Assembly (NCBI GenBank): GCA_965203295.1
Contig: CBDBCZ010000016.1
Span: 1 to 64,000 of the forward strand
Source: Nitrospirales bacterium
Lineage (GTDB): Bacteria > Nitrospirota > Nitrospiria > Nitrospirales > UBA8639
Length of the DNA: 64,000 nucleotides
Direction of reading: 5' to 3'
Shown piece after piece: positions 32,400 to 46,105 of this stretch (positions within the stretch are counted from its first letter, which is position 1; each line of letters starts with the position of its first letter). Below the pieces are notes generated by a model, which was given only the letters and a program-made list of their open reading frames with translations, ran no database searches and had not been told where the DNA came from. The position numbers and the translations under genes are program-made.

Positions 32400-33165
32400 G
32401 GTCACAAGCTGTATCACTTCAGTGGTAACTGTTTCTAGTTTGTGCTAATGGCTTGCCCCAAGTTGCATCACTTCATAGACCCCTGAGGTGACTGTTTCTC
32501 GTTTGCGTTAATGACTGGCCCCAAGTTGTATCACTTTTTTTGGCCCTGTGGTGACTGTTGGTCGTTTGTGTCAATCCCGGCTTGGCATTAATTTCTATCT
32601 CTTCATAGCTCTACCTCTGTGGTGACCGTTTTGTTTAATGGCTTGCCCCAAATTCGAGATTGCGTTAAGTTTCGCAATTGCGTTAATGTTTCGCGATTGC
32701 GTTAATATTTCGCGATTGCGTTAATGCAAGTTTCTCGAGTGCGTTAATGGCTGCCCTCAAGTTTGTGACTGTTTCTCAATTGCGCTATGGCTGTCCCTAA
32801 GTCATATCATACTTCATAGGCCCCTGTGGTGACTGATTCTTGTCCGCGTTCAAGCGATTGTGTTTGTTTCGAGTTTGCGTTAGTGTTTCGCGATTGCGTT
32901 AATGTTTCGCGATTGCGTTAGTGTTTCGCGATTGCGTTTATGTTTCGCGACTGCGTTAGTGTTTCGCGATTGCGTTAATGCAAGTTTTTCGAGGGAGTTA
33001 ATGGCTGCCCTCAAGTTTGTGACTGTTTCTGAATTGCGCTACGGCTGTCCCTAAGTTATATCATACTTAATAGGCCCCTGTGTTGACTGATTTTTGTTCG
33101 CGTTGAAGGCTTGCCTTAAATTCAAGCGATTGTGTTGGTTCGAGCGTCGAGATTGCGTTAACGAC
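32400..33165. repeat. Subterminal array of TIR-like motifs (GTTTCGCGATTGCGTTAAT-type ~18-bp units)
   Basis: Tandem units at about 32655-32750 and 32865-32985. Positions 32494-32510 are an exact 17-bp copy of the inner right TIR (GTTTCTCGTTTGCGTTA). Confidence 0.85.
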
Positions 33166-33234
33166 TCCAAAGTGTACTGGCAAGCGGAAACTATCGGCAA
33201 GGAAGTACATGTGAGAGAGTAATTACATGGCTGG

Positions 33235-33446
33235 GTCCTACTGGCAAGTGCTACGAGCGGGTTTAGTGGCTATATAAGTCTTAAAGCTTGCCTACTGCTC
33301 CACTGCCAAGGGGGCTCCAGTAGCTAGGTAAGAGCATCTGACTAGTATTCAGAAAATCTTGGGTTCAATCCCCAGCTGGGTCCCAATTTTTCGAGATTTC
33401 ATTACTCTCTTAGAAAGCTTATCTTCTCATAGAAGTTTGCAATGTA
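33235..33446 (+). repeat. Second copy of the tRNA-containing repeat (D-arm damaged); fragments at 1428-1529, 15720-15772, 29151-29197 and 49269-49370 on the minus strand
   Basis: Shares gtcctactggcaagtgctac...gaagtttgcaatgta with 43535-43742. Confidence 0.75.
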
Positions 33447-33768
33447 GTATACATGTACTATATACAATGTCGCGCGCGTGTACAAAGCTTGTCAATGAAT
33501 GTTTGGCCATGCAGCCATTACATGTAACAGAATGGTTTATGAAGTACCCTTGCTTTGGTTTATGAAGTACCCTTGCTTTCACTGCTGAATGTCTGTTTCG
33601 AAACCGTGTCTTACTCATCTTACTCAAGCAGTTTGGACTCGCTCCCCCACTCACCTTTTGAGGTTCTTCCTTTGCCACTGCTGACTCTAAGTACAATGAC
33701 AATACTTTGCGCACGCGCGCCACAGGAAGAGAAGCGTGCGCCGCCATAACGATTGCGCGCGCCGCTCA

Positions 33769-34377
<609 letters not shown>

Positions 34378-34790
34378 AATTTTTTGACTGTACTATGGTA
34401 GTAAAGTATCCGCCCCGAACGAAAGCGCTTAGCCCCTCCCTAATCTTTAGTTATATAGCGATTGGGACCGCCCTTAAAAATAGAAGAAAACACTTAGCCC
34501 CTCCCACAATGATGATGCGCTCGAAAAGGACTTGTCGTCGGTGTCCTGTTGCTGCTTCTTGTGGACGTAATTTGGGTCGGCTCAGCAGGCCTTACCAGGG
34601 TAAGTACATAGGTAGACTTCGTAAAACGGCTATAAGGGCAGAAAGTTATCCTACTATGATTACCTTGACACTAGTCTCGCGTGCCAGCACTAGCCTTAAT
34701 TAACCATAGACAGTCCTTCTATCTATGCCCTAACCTTACACTAAACTTCGTGCAAGTATATTAATTCTCGTGGTGTCGGTATAGGATAGA

Positions 34791-35055
34791 CTACACCAAA
34801 GAGTGGGTTATGCGCCTATGTAACCCACGAGTTTGCGGTTATCCCGAGGCGAAGCCGAGGGATAAATGTAAACAAGTGGGTTATAGCGCATAACACACGA
34901 GTGGGTGTGGTCTATCTGACTTATACCACGTTGCGCATGCGTACAATCTTCGCTGCGTAGCAACGTAGCGAACTGATAAAAGTGTGAGTTATGAAACTGT
35001 AACCCATACTTATTAGCCAATCATTTTTATTGTAGATGATGTAATGTGGTATAAT
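34791..35055. repeat. Dispersed repeat with a TTATCCCGAGGCGAAGCCGAGGGATAA hairpin; diverged copies at about 104-530 and 47923-48350
   Basis: Shared ends ctacacc(a/c)aagagtgg and gatgatgtaatgt(g/a)gtata. Confidence 0.65.
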
Positions 35056-35609
35056 TCTGTTTAGTTGACTCCTAACTTAAATAATGTTGAGGTGTCAATT
35101 TGACACCTCGGCTACTGCCTGTTGGTGTTCACAATGTCAACCTCATAATATATTGTAGTTAACCGTCATACATGTACTGATTTTCTTTGGAGAATGAAGC
35201 TAGTATCGTCCCCAAGACTAAGGGTCAGTTTACTGTATTAAAAGCCAAGACTTGGGGACAAGACCAGTGTTTTGTACAATTATGGATATATTTGTGGTAG
35301 GCCGAGCGCCGTAACGCGGAGCAAATGGACGGAGACTGTAGATGCTAACTGAAACTCATGCAGATCAATCTCTGCTCAAAACTCAGATGCTTATACAAAG
35401 AATGCAGATTAAATTCTATAGTGGAACAAAAGAGAGCTAGGGACAACACAACAAAGGAAACAATTAAACAATGTGCAAGAATAAACAGTGCGGGGCGACG
35501 TGTGGCTAGGCTATGACATAACCAAAAAGTAACCAAAAATAGATGTAACATTACATAACGGAAGAGGCAATATGCAAGATAAGATAACTGTAAATAGTTC
35601 AGCCAGATC

Positions 35610-35748
35610 TAGCCTCGTTCTTTGGCTCTACTGCCCAGCGTTTTTTTGCACGTAGTAAAATAAGCGGTCAGACCGCTCATTTTACTGACCACTTGTTTTA
35701 CTACATGCGAAATAAAAAGCTGGGCAGTAGAGCCTGGGAAAGTGGCTA
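35610..35748. mobile_element. TAGCCTCGTTC...-type short MITE (relatives near 4352 and 6180-6295)
   Basis: GGCTCTACTGCCCAGC ... GCTGGGCAGTAGAGCC inverted termini with TAG/CTA ends. Confidence 0.65.
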
Positions 35749-36440
35749 TTCTAAGTCCTCTATTTCATCAATAGCCTGTTTACATGTATGTTAGGTACTG
35801 GTAGATCTGAGAACATGGAAGTAGGAGGTTCTAAAACAGTTGATGGTGTCAGACAATTGCATTACATCCCAATAAATATATCAGTTCATCAGCCGAAAAA
35901 CCGAAACTTAAGAGGAGACACCAATGCTAACGATCTCGAATTAAGAGGAGTTGTTGGTCGATCTATTCACTAAACTACTCAATCAGTGTATATGGCCAAC
36001 CCATTATGAAACCGAATTTTACTTATGTGTCTTTACTCAAGCCAGCTGTATCTTGAAATGGAACTCAGGAAATGTGCAAAATAAGCTACTTGTATGTGTG
36101 TATAGCATATTCCACTTATAGAGTCAACTGTGTCCTCCACAACTTTGAATGTATTCTTTAGCTACATATTCTTAAAATAGCCACACAATACAGAATCATA
36201 CGCATGTGAGGAGCTACTGCAAACTGAACACCTTGCTGGTTTTAATAGCCGGAATAATGCAATGCATCTACCTCAACTGGATTCTTTGTGTAGTTAGAAT
36301 AACTCTTTCAACAAGAGTCTATATTGGCATCCACAAAGAAAAGTTAGCCTTGCAGTTCTTTGTATAGTATAGTTTAGCTACAAGCAGCTCTACACTGGAT
36401 ATTCCCCTTTTGGCAGTGAAGATCCTATACCAAGCAGCAG

Positions 36441-37053
36441 TTTTTATCAGCTGGAGCGCGCACAGTGCACGAACAGCTGGTCCTAAGATTGGTTTACGTT
36501 TTCCACGTCTGTCTGTTTGTTTGTGTGTTTGAAGTGGATGGGGTACATTGACTCTTTTACTTTTACTTTTGCTTTCGTATTTTATCTCTTACTTTGTCTT
36601 TTTATTTATTTTGTGTACATTGTACGTGCAGTTTATACGTATAACAAGTCTAAAAAACCAGCCGGGCGCCTTTCCCATACAATGCACACAACTTAGTTTA
36701 GGCCAAGCTAACTGGGAGTGCTAACTGCAGCTGTAGAACGCAGTACAGTGAAAGTGCTGACTCAGCAGTTTTGTTGTGCGCCTCCAGTTAGTAGCTATAC
36801 ACCACAAAAACGGAATCTTTATAGCTGCCTAGGCACCACACAACTACCTTATTTTGCTGTAGCTTGGCCTGCAAATCTCCAAAAGCTGCTATACACTGCA
36901 GTTGCATAGTTGCATAGTAACAGTTGATGTATTATTTTGGGCATGTGATAAGTGTGGACGCACAAACAAACAAGCAAACAAACAAACACAGAAAATGTAA
37001 GGCAATTTTAGGACCAGCAGTTCGTGTGCTGCGTACGCTCTGGCTAGTAAAAA
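36441..37053. mobile_element. Foldback/MITE-like element with ~90-bp imperfect inverted termini including (TGTT)n/(AAAC)n
   Basis: gcacgaacagctggtcctaagattggtttacgttttc versus gaaaatgtaaggcaattttaggaccagcagttcgtgt. Confidence 0.6.
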
Positions 37054-37074
37054 TGTATTTTGTATATACTTATA

Positions 37075-37350
37075 TACTCTTTTTCTCCTATATAATATAG
37101 GAGAAAAAGAGTGATATGCCCACTGTTCCTTTCCTATATAATATAGGAGGGAAATAGTGGGTATCCGCTATTTCCCTCCTATAGTATATGGGAGAGAATT
37201 AGTGGAACTTCCACTATTTCCCTCCTATATTATATGGGAATGAAATGGTGGCAATCCACTATTTCTCTCCTATATTATAGGGGAAGAAATTTGGTGGCAC
37301 TTCCACTATTTTTCCCCTATATAATATAGGAGAGCGTCATGGAATAGTGG
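37075..37350. repeat. Minisatellite of ~40-45-bp self-complementary units (CCACTATTTCCCTCCTATATTATATGGGA...)
   Basis: About six degenerate units, each a hairpin centred on TATATAATATA. Confidence 0.7.
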
Positions 37351-39882
37351 AAAACTGTACCAACCCTATATCCTACTGCTCCCTTCCAATGAAATGTATT
37401 AGAGATGATGTAATGTAAGTTTGTTAGTGCATCCTATGTTACTATGCAGGCCAAGCTACAGCAAATGACGTAGCGAACCCAGGTTTTTAGTTCTTTCTTT
37501 CAGCATTGCTGTTATACTATCCGAACACTGTGCTGTTCCATATAGTACTACGCTACGCTAAAGGCTGCTGCAAATGATAGTTGTGCTGTGTGATTACAGG
37601 TTCTAACTTGAGTGGGTAGGGGGAGCAAAAGTATTGGGAAACACGACCATCAAGCTGTTCAGACATTTGTATACCACAGTGCTGCTTTACTCTTCAGAAG
37701 AGGTAGCTTTAGGAGTTGTATGGGACTTCTTTGGCTTAGCGTATTTGTACCTGATGGGGAACTAAGTATGATCATCATGATGCAACTAATCATTTTGCTG
37801 GAAGTAAATACCCTATACTCTGGAGTATAAGTACCCATCAATTATTAATTACAAGTACCCTATGAATGAAGTACCCATTAACCCAGTTGCTTTTCTCTGC
37901 CTGAATAGTAGTACCCTTTCAAATGAAGTAACTGGGATGTATAAATAGTGCATGTGTGACTAGTTAAGCATGAACAGTGATGATAACGGGTCCACCTACA
38001 TGTAGGTCTGCATTAGGAGGTGTATGGGCTGTCGGTGGGGGCATAGAACTGCCTTGTGAGTATGCACTTCACTGTGTAAAGAAATACTGCTCACATGTAA
38101 GAACAGCGCTATGGCGATCAGCAGGGTTCTACCCACACTGGTCGTCAGGGGTCGGGTCTAACCACCACTTAGCCTTTTGGACCTCCACTCAACTAATGTT
38201 TAACTCTTTTTACAGTATTTTTAATATAGGAGAAAGTCTGTTTAGTTAGAGTGTCTAGAGTGCTTAGAGATACACAGAAGTGACTGTCAAGACCATAACA
38301 AAAGTCTTATTGTGCATGCTGTTGTACTACCATACTTGTTGAAAAGTACCCCATGATTAAAAGTACACTTGCTCCAGAGTTTACGTTATTTTGTGTATCA
38401 CACCAAGGCACTAGAGGCTGCCTTATGCTGTGTTCTAGATTCACTCACAGACCAGCTGACCTGTAGGACAAATGTCAACCAAAACTCTTGCAACTATTGC
38501 GAAACAAAACTGCTCCAGGCCACAGAATTGGAGCTACCCACTGTTTTTACTTGTTTCATCATTTTCAGGTGAAGAGTGGTTGACAGCTATAAGTTCTCTC
38601 TGATTTGATCTGATTTTAAGTTTCTATAGTGGAATAAGAACTTACAACTCATCAAATCCACCCTGGAAAGGTAGACACAGGTGCCTTTATTTAAACTGTA
38701 CATTACTACTAACAGTTAGTGCTTTTGTGTTATTAGTTGATATTGACTGTTTACTTTGTTTCACTACGTCTTTCTTCTTTATGTTAAATGCATGGTCTGG
38801 GGTCCTTTACCATATATCCTATCGGGATACTCCAGTGTGTGTGTGTCACTTATGTACATATAGTAGATTTGACGTTTGTAAATCTTCTGGTAGACTTTTT
38901 TTCATGATAAACAGGGTGGACAGATGGAGAAAAGTAGTTGTTGAAACCCACTTGCACATACATGTGGGGTAGTAAGCGGCAACACACAATCTCTCCCTTC
39001 AACAGTGACAGTAGTATTATCTTGGGAAATTTGACAGTACTATGTTGAGTACATGTACATGTACGCGCTGTGATTTACGTAATACCTGTGCTGTCAAAAA
39101 AGATGAAGAGGAAAAATAATTTACCAATGGACAGTAATCAGTGTTCCAACAGAGCGGCACAATTGCTTTGAATTGTTTGTATGTGATGGTATGGTCATAT
39201 AGGAAGCGAGTATAAAGCTACTGCAGGTTGGAATATTTAGCTGATATCTGGCTGTCATGCGTATCTATTTCAAGCACACTTGCAAGAACTCCTGACAATG
39301 TGTGGGCAGACGTGGTTGTTAAAGTTTGTGCCATAGGCAGTGTTCTAGCCAGAGGCAAGTGCAAAGAGTGGTGCCTTCTCAGAGATCAAAGCATAGCTGT
39401 GGTTTAATTACATTCTTTCAACCACATCAAGAGGGAATTGTGTACATAAGAGCAGTGGAGCACCACTCTTCCACTCTTTAGCTAGAACACTGATATGTGT
39501 GTTCCCCTTTTTTGGCACTTCTGCATAGTCCAGAAGTAGGTTGTAGAAAACAGCTACTAGTCAGTAGCAGTGGTACAAAATAAAGGACACCACTCAGTAC
39601 AGTAAATGGCTTATGCTCATATTTATCTCTCCAGAAAATAATTGATATAATTGTGTTTGGCTGGGGCCAGGTTTGTAATGCTCAGCAGCTTCGACTCGTT
39701 TACATGGCTACCAAAGATAATCTTGACAAGGCAGTGATAAAAACTAAAAATGAGGTAAATCACCCATACAAAGTATTACCTAATCATAGATAATGCCATT
39801 TACAGGTTAGTATCTGAATTAGACCAATTCCAACTTGTGGTAGGGAGACATGTCACATCTGGTATTAATACTTCCAATTGCA

Positions 39883-40487
39883 AGTGACTCACCCAACTGG
39901 CCGTGTGTGATGTGCTTTTCTGTAACTGTAGCTGCGATTCTTGCAACTACAATGTTGTCTGGAAACAAACACCCCATTTACCATATTGTGTATACATGTA
40001 TGAATGTTTACAGTAAAACCTTGTGTATAGACACCCTAAATGAACCATTTCCTATAATAAGTATTCAGACATGTAGACTAAATGCTAACAGTGAGTGACT
40101 AAGTAAGCTACCTACATGTAATGTACCTACATGTATGTACATGTACGTAGTGAACTTCTCGGTGGAACACTATAACATGTTCTAATCATGTAGTTTACAG
40201 CTGTTTAAATAGCAGGACAAATGTTTTTGGCCTTGCCAGTCCAAACAGAAGTTGACATTTGTGGTGTCTCCATTTACTACTGTGTTAATCGAAAAGCATT
40301 TGTCAAGTCCGTTTCTTACTCATATCTACATGTACATAACGTACCTCACTGTGTGTGTGACTCACCCAACTGGCCGTGTGTGATGTGCTTTTCTGTAACT
40401 GTAGCTGCGATTCTTGCAACTACAATGTTGTCTGGAAACAAACACCCCATTTACCATATTATGTATACATGTATGAATGTTTACAGT
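39883..40487 (+). repeat. ~130-bp direct repeat (about 39883-40013 and 40357-40487)
   Basis: gtgactcacccaactggccgtgtg...gaatgtttacagt occurs twice; ORFs 39850 and 40221 share the peptide. Confidence 0.85.
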
Positions 40488-43400
40488 CAGTGACATTGTC
40501 AGTTGATACAAATTTCTTTTGGGCTTGACCCTACTGCCCTAGTCTATTTGCTGTTGCGATGTACATAGTACTGGGTCCTGTGTCTTGCCCCTTCGTGCCC
40601 AATTAGCAACACACATTGCCATGTTACCTTGAGGAAGCCTACAGCATATGCTTGTGTATCAGATTTTGGCGGAATGTTCGACTGTCATACAGTGTAGCTC
40701 TCCTGTTGTTGTACTCATCTGGGCTTGTTGTAGATAACTCTTTCTATTTCACCAGCGTAAGCAACAATGCCTTTAGAGTGATATATAGGGACCACATACA
40801 TTCATAATATATGTAGTCACACAGAAATGGAGTCCGGAATGGATAGAGGAGACTCAAAAGAGTGGGTAGGGGATGTTTAGTTTACTATTTTGTACAGTAT
40901 CAAGATTCTGACCATTTGCAGCATTTGATTTCAGCATGTTTTTTACTCCAGTATTTAATGGCTGAAAATGTGCAGTAGAGAATTTTGTTATAAAAGTTCC
41001 AGTGTGACGTACGTATATGTATATAATGTTTCCCACAATTTCCTACTAAATATTTTTTTGTCAAACAGCGTGATCGATGACTTACTACAGTATGGTACGA
41101 GAATACATAGCCAATTCCAGTGCCGGAACAATTCAGTACCTGCTATGAATATTCCTGTTTGTACTGCTGTTTGAGCGTAATTACCTTGTAGTTTTGATTT
41201 TGAGGGGCATCACCAAGCATATAATGCTTGATTATTGGACAAGTAGCAGCAGCTAGCAGTACACACGTTGTTTAAGTACGTACCTAAGTACTACTATTAT
41301 TTGTTATAGTGCAGAGAATTAGCATGACTCTGGAGCAGCACCCGTGCTTGATTACTGCTAAATACAGTTAATTCATGTACATGCAGCAGTTGCCAAATGT
41401 TATTTATATTGTTACGTATTTGGCTTGCAGGCTCACTGTCCTTGTTCCCTGTGATTTTGTGCAGTAATTGTGAAATTGATTTTGGGATACTTTGCGATTC
41501 TAGTATCTGTGGAAACAGCTACAGTGATATTTGCTTATACAGATGGCAGAGCTATTATGACCTGTTCAGCTACAATGTTGAGAATACCTATAGCTACATG
41601 CCATTAAGCTTTGCTCTCAATCCTCGCAGGAAGGGACCACTAAGGACATTGAGTCAGAATCCTCATATGATCTCAATGAGCAGACGGGCCAGCTTGAAAA
41701 CCAAAGTGATTTGCCAAATGTCCAGGACTCGGAATGCGATGCACATGGCACCCAGAAGACTCTCTCTTTTAAATACCTACATCAAGTGGAGATACCTGCC
41801 CTATAGAGCCAGAGCTGAATGTGTGCCTGCTGGTGAGTGTTATAATCCTACTATTCAGGGTACTACGTGTAACTAGGTGAATGCAGAGTATTGTGGGCGT
41901 GCGTGAATGAGCCCTCATCTGTTGCAGTGTGGATTGTAGACTTTCTGTCATGTTAGTTTGAGGCATGGCAGCTCTCCTCTGTCAGTATCACCGAACCTTA
42001 TCTCCCTCTCTTGCTGCAGCCTAATAATAGTCTACCAGTCCTGCTATCTAGACACAGTGTTGCGTGAATGTGCATGTAGCCATGTGAGATAATTTATTTG
42101 AACATGTATGCATATGATATGCGGTATGTGGACTGTGCGTACTTATAAAACTCTCAATTTAGCACGGATTCACTCACAGTGATCACTGTCCTCTTGCTGC
42201 TGTTACGGTTAGGGATTTTAGCTTGTTGTAGTTCACTGCACAGAGGAAATAACTTAGACACTCAGTATAGCCTTTCTTCTGACAGACCCCAGTACACTGC
42301 TTATCTCATGAATGCCATACAGCCTGAATTCTGCACCACTTAGTACACTGCCAGGTGGCCTGGTTCATCCTTATGGCATTTCATACATGTACATGTACAT
42401 AAACCTTTATACCGGCTATGTATTGAATATTTTTAGGGGCCATCAGCATTTGAACCTCTAAACCCTGGCTTGGAGACAGATGAAGAATCAGAGGTGGAGA
42501 AAGCAAAACCATGTGAGATATGCAAGATTATAAAACGTATACCAGGCCATAATTATGTAAGAGGGACAGCATGTATATATACAGTGATTAACTATCAGAA
42601 CTATGTAGAATGCTAGCTCGAATTATTATACCCTAGTTCACTTCTAAAAATCCTGATGTTTCAGTGATGGGTGTGATGGGCAGGGGTAGCATCATTCCCA
42701 GGCTGCACTCTTCAGCTGCCTTTTGCAGTGTGTAAAGAATTTCACAGTAAGCTGCAATGAAGGCCTCTGACAAGGCTAGCTAGGACATGGGCAAATAATA
42801 ACCGGAACATGGCTGCCACTGTCTGTAGATAATCCGGAACCTGTCTTGTTCATAAGGCAGGTCAATTCACTGAGTGTTTCTCAATCGGTGATTGTATAGT
42901 AGCTGATAGCAAGTTTTCTGTTGAATAATGCCACTTTGGTTTTTTCATTTAAACTGGACCAGTTTCAGAAGCAAGATCTACACTTGGGATAGATGTATGC
43001 GATTGGAAATGCTACTTTGCAGTTGTTTCTGTGACATTTGTTTCCCTAACTATGAATGCTCTACTGTGTCACGTAATTTAACAGGTTGTAGTGACACTTT
43101 CAAGTACAACATGAACATGATGAAAGTCCCAGTTTGAAAACAAACATTAATGTTTTGATGGCATCTCTACATATTTGCAGCACAATAGCTAGAAGTTTTG
43201 TGATCTAGCTAACTAGCACCTCAGTGCCAAGAATACACATTTAAGATATGTAACAGGTTCAGCATAGAATTTGCAAACATACTCTGAAATTAAGGAAAAT
43301 AAATTGTATATTGTGTGTGATAGGAATAATATACTCTTGTCGCTACCATAGCGCTTACGCCATTGACCACGCACCCACATACGCAGCAAGATCTCCAGTC

Positions 43401-43534
43401 AGAGGACAATAACAAGAGCAACCAGTTGTTGCGCCAGTACCATCCTGATCGCCATATAATTTATTCTTCCTAGTGTCCCAGATTAAAACTCTTAGTAAAG
43501 CCTTAAAATCATACTTCTCCCAATTCTCTGGAAT

Positions 43535-43742
43535 GTCCTACTGGCAAGTGCTACTAGCGGGTTTAGTGGCTATATCAATCTTGCCTACTGCTCCTCTGCC
43601 AAGGGTCTCCAGTAGCTCAATTGGTAAGAGCATCTGACTAGTATTCAGAAGGTCCTGGGTTCAATCCCCAGCTGGGTCCCGATTTTTCTGGATTTCTTTA
43701 CTCTCTCAGAAAACTTATCTTCTTACAGAAGTTTGCAATGTA
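43535..43742 (+). repeat. Dispersed repeat with an internal tRNA-Thr(AGT)-like pseudogene (about 43606-43679)
   Basis: A box TAGCTCAATTGG, anticodon arm TCTGA-ctAGTat-TCAGA, B box GGTTCAATCC, T-run after it, imperfect acceptor stem. Homologous with its flanks to 33235-33446. Confidence 0.75.
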
Positions 43743-43759
43743 TCTGCAGCAACCTCTTT

Positions 43760-46105
43760 AGAAAATACCATAAGGGCACTTTTAATTTCAATCTTCATTT
43801 ATTGCAAAACATGAATCAACATTTGTAAGTCCTCAGCATTAGTAGTGTAAACCTACCAAATCGTTGGCAAACATTAGACCCCCAATCTTAACATCCTTCT
43901 TAAAAATAACATTAACATTCTTCTTAACAGTAATGCCAATCCCAGCCTTCTCAACCTCATCTAAACACTGATTAATAAAAATGAAAAAGAGGATAGGCAA
44001 TATATTGCAGCCCTGTGCCACCCCCTGACCTATGTTGAATGGCTTGGATATTTCTCCCTCCAGTAAAACAGCACTCTTTGTGATGTTATACATATTCTTA
44101 ATAACTCTCCACATCCTACCCCTACCACCAAGTTCCCATAACGTTAACCATAAACCATCATGCCAAACTGTGTCAAATGTTTTCTGAACATCTAAGAAAT
44201 AAAGTGTAAGTGTGCTTTCCTTCCCTCATTCTACCTTGTGTGATTTCATTTAGAGTAAAGATGTTATCAACACAACTTCTTTCTCTCTAAATTCTGCCTG
44301 ACCCTCATAAAAAGAGCCCATTTTGATTCTAATCTGCATACTACCGTATAGCGCTTAAATTTGGCGGGTCTAAATATTTGCGAATAGCCGTTTTGAACGT
44401 TTAGTTAAAATAATTTCGCGAATTCGTTTACCGCACCCACGTACTAATGAATTGCAGGAAGCTTTAAGCACCGGTAGCAAATTGTGGCTAGCGCTCCACG
44501 CTCTGCTGCTCGCTTTCCAATTTCAGTCTTCTTCGCGCTCATTTTCCGGTATGCTCCCCTGACCTTCGCGCTGGTAGTTGGCTGAAGTACAGCAAAGATA
44601 CTATATCTCTGAGTACAGTGACTTTGTTTGTTTGCCTCAAAAATTGCGGACGAAGGCATTTGTTTGGAGAGCACTCCTCGTGAATCTGGAACCCCGCATA
44701 CTGTCCACGTACGCTCTTGAAGTATCAAAACCATAGTCAGTACTGTAGAATGCATGGACAGTATCTATGCAGAAATGTAGAAATTTAAATAATTTTGCGA
44801 ATCACTCCAAATTCGCGAAATACGTGAAATTAAAGACCCGTGAAATTTAAGCGCTATATGATAATACATTATTTAGAATCTTAGCTTTTCTACCATATTC
44901 AATAGTGTAATGCCTCTGTAATTACCTAGGTCCTCAGTATCACCTTTCTTATACAAGCTAACAATAAACCCTTAATTGTCTCCATTGTGTAGGAATACTC
45001 TCCTCTGTCCAAACTACTTCATATAGGACAGTCAACAGATTAGCCATTCCTTTGCCACAGTACTTAAAACATTTCCCAACTAGCCCATCATTACCTCCCG
45101 TTTTATTGTTATTTAAGCTTTTAGAACACTTTTCATAACTAATTTCTCTATCCAAAACCTTATCCTTCTGTGAACTAGACATTTTACCATACTCTGTTCT
45201 ATATGCTCTTTCCAGCTTTCATCAAACTGATCATCCAAAGATGCTGTACCCAACCTTTCATAATGCTCACGTAATACTTTCATAGTACCGGTTACACATG
45301 AACCTGAAGTACATGTACTCATCAAAGCAGTAAAACCCCTTAAGATTACCTTTTGAAGTCCTGCCAACAAATGCCCAAAACTCTTTCCTTTTTTCATTAA
45401 AATCTTTATTAGCCTTTTCAGTCAACTATCTAATTTCCACATACCAATTCTGTAGTAATACTCTCCCCATTTATGTTCCCTTCCACTACTAATCTCCTTA
45501 TAAACCTGTCTCCTCAACCTAATCTTCTCTTTATTCCCGGAATCAGTAACTATATAATCAATGATAGACTTCTGTTTCTGAGAAGGTCTAGTAGCTCTAG
45601 TCCACTGTAGTTCCACAGTGAACTCGCGACTATTACAAGCTCAACCTCATTCAAAAAGGAAATCAACCTGTTACCACTAGCATTACATTTTCCTTCACCA
45701 AACATACCCATTACATCATCTAAAGGTTTCCCCAATCTGGCATTAAAATCACCTAGAAGCACAACCTGACCCTTCTGACCCTTCTTCTGCATACAAGCAC
45801 ATCCTCTTTCAATTTACTTTAACTCTTTTCAATAACTGAAACATTTTCACTATCTGTAGGCATATAAACACAACCCAAAAACAAAATATTCCTGCCCCTC
45901 TCTTTTTTGCTATATTCCACATACTTTTTCATAATTCACATCCTTAATAAGCTCTACTCTACAGGCTAAACACCCCTTTACCAAGAATTCTTCTCCCCCT
46001 TCTCCTCTCCTACTCTCGCCTAGGCTTCCAGAACCATTTGTACCATCTACAGAAACCTTTGGATTCCTCCTTTTCCCATGACTCCTGGCCTGCACAATCA
46101 TCTTT
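43760..46105 (-). mobile_element. Decayed non-LTR retrotransposon (LINE; APE endonuclease plus reverse transcriptase)
   Basis: Fragments QESWE, VVLLGDFNARLG, CNASGNRLISFL, KSIIDYIV, NKTGGNDGL, NYRGITLL, GQGVAQGCNILPILFFIFIN and LMFANDLV (FADD-like), with many frameshifts and stops. Confidence 0.9.
44342..44863. mobile_element. MITE with TA-flanked TIRs, nested in the LINE
   Basis: TA-CCGTATAGCGCTTAAATTT ... AAATTTAAGCGCTATATGA-TA; it interrupts the RT coding region. Confidence 0.8.

Noticed and set aside
32655..32985. Regular short repeats resembling a CRISPR array
   Set aside because: The units are contiguous with no unique spacers, there are no cas genes, the context is eukaryotic, and the motif matches the TIR.
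39338..39492. Short CAGTGTTCTAGC...GCTAGAACACTG inverted-repeat element
   Set aside because: Probably an old hAT-like MITE, but no TSD is visible; too weak to classify.
40600..41880. Exon-like pieces and the 159-aa ORF 41397-41876
   Set aside because: I could not assemble a consistent frame or recognise a product.
43606..43679. Functional tRNA-Thr(AGT) gene
   Set aside because: The acceptor stem is mispaired and the sequence sits within a dispersed repeat with degenerate copies.
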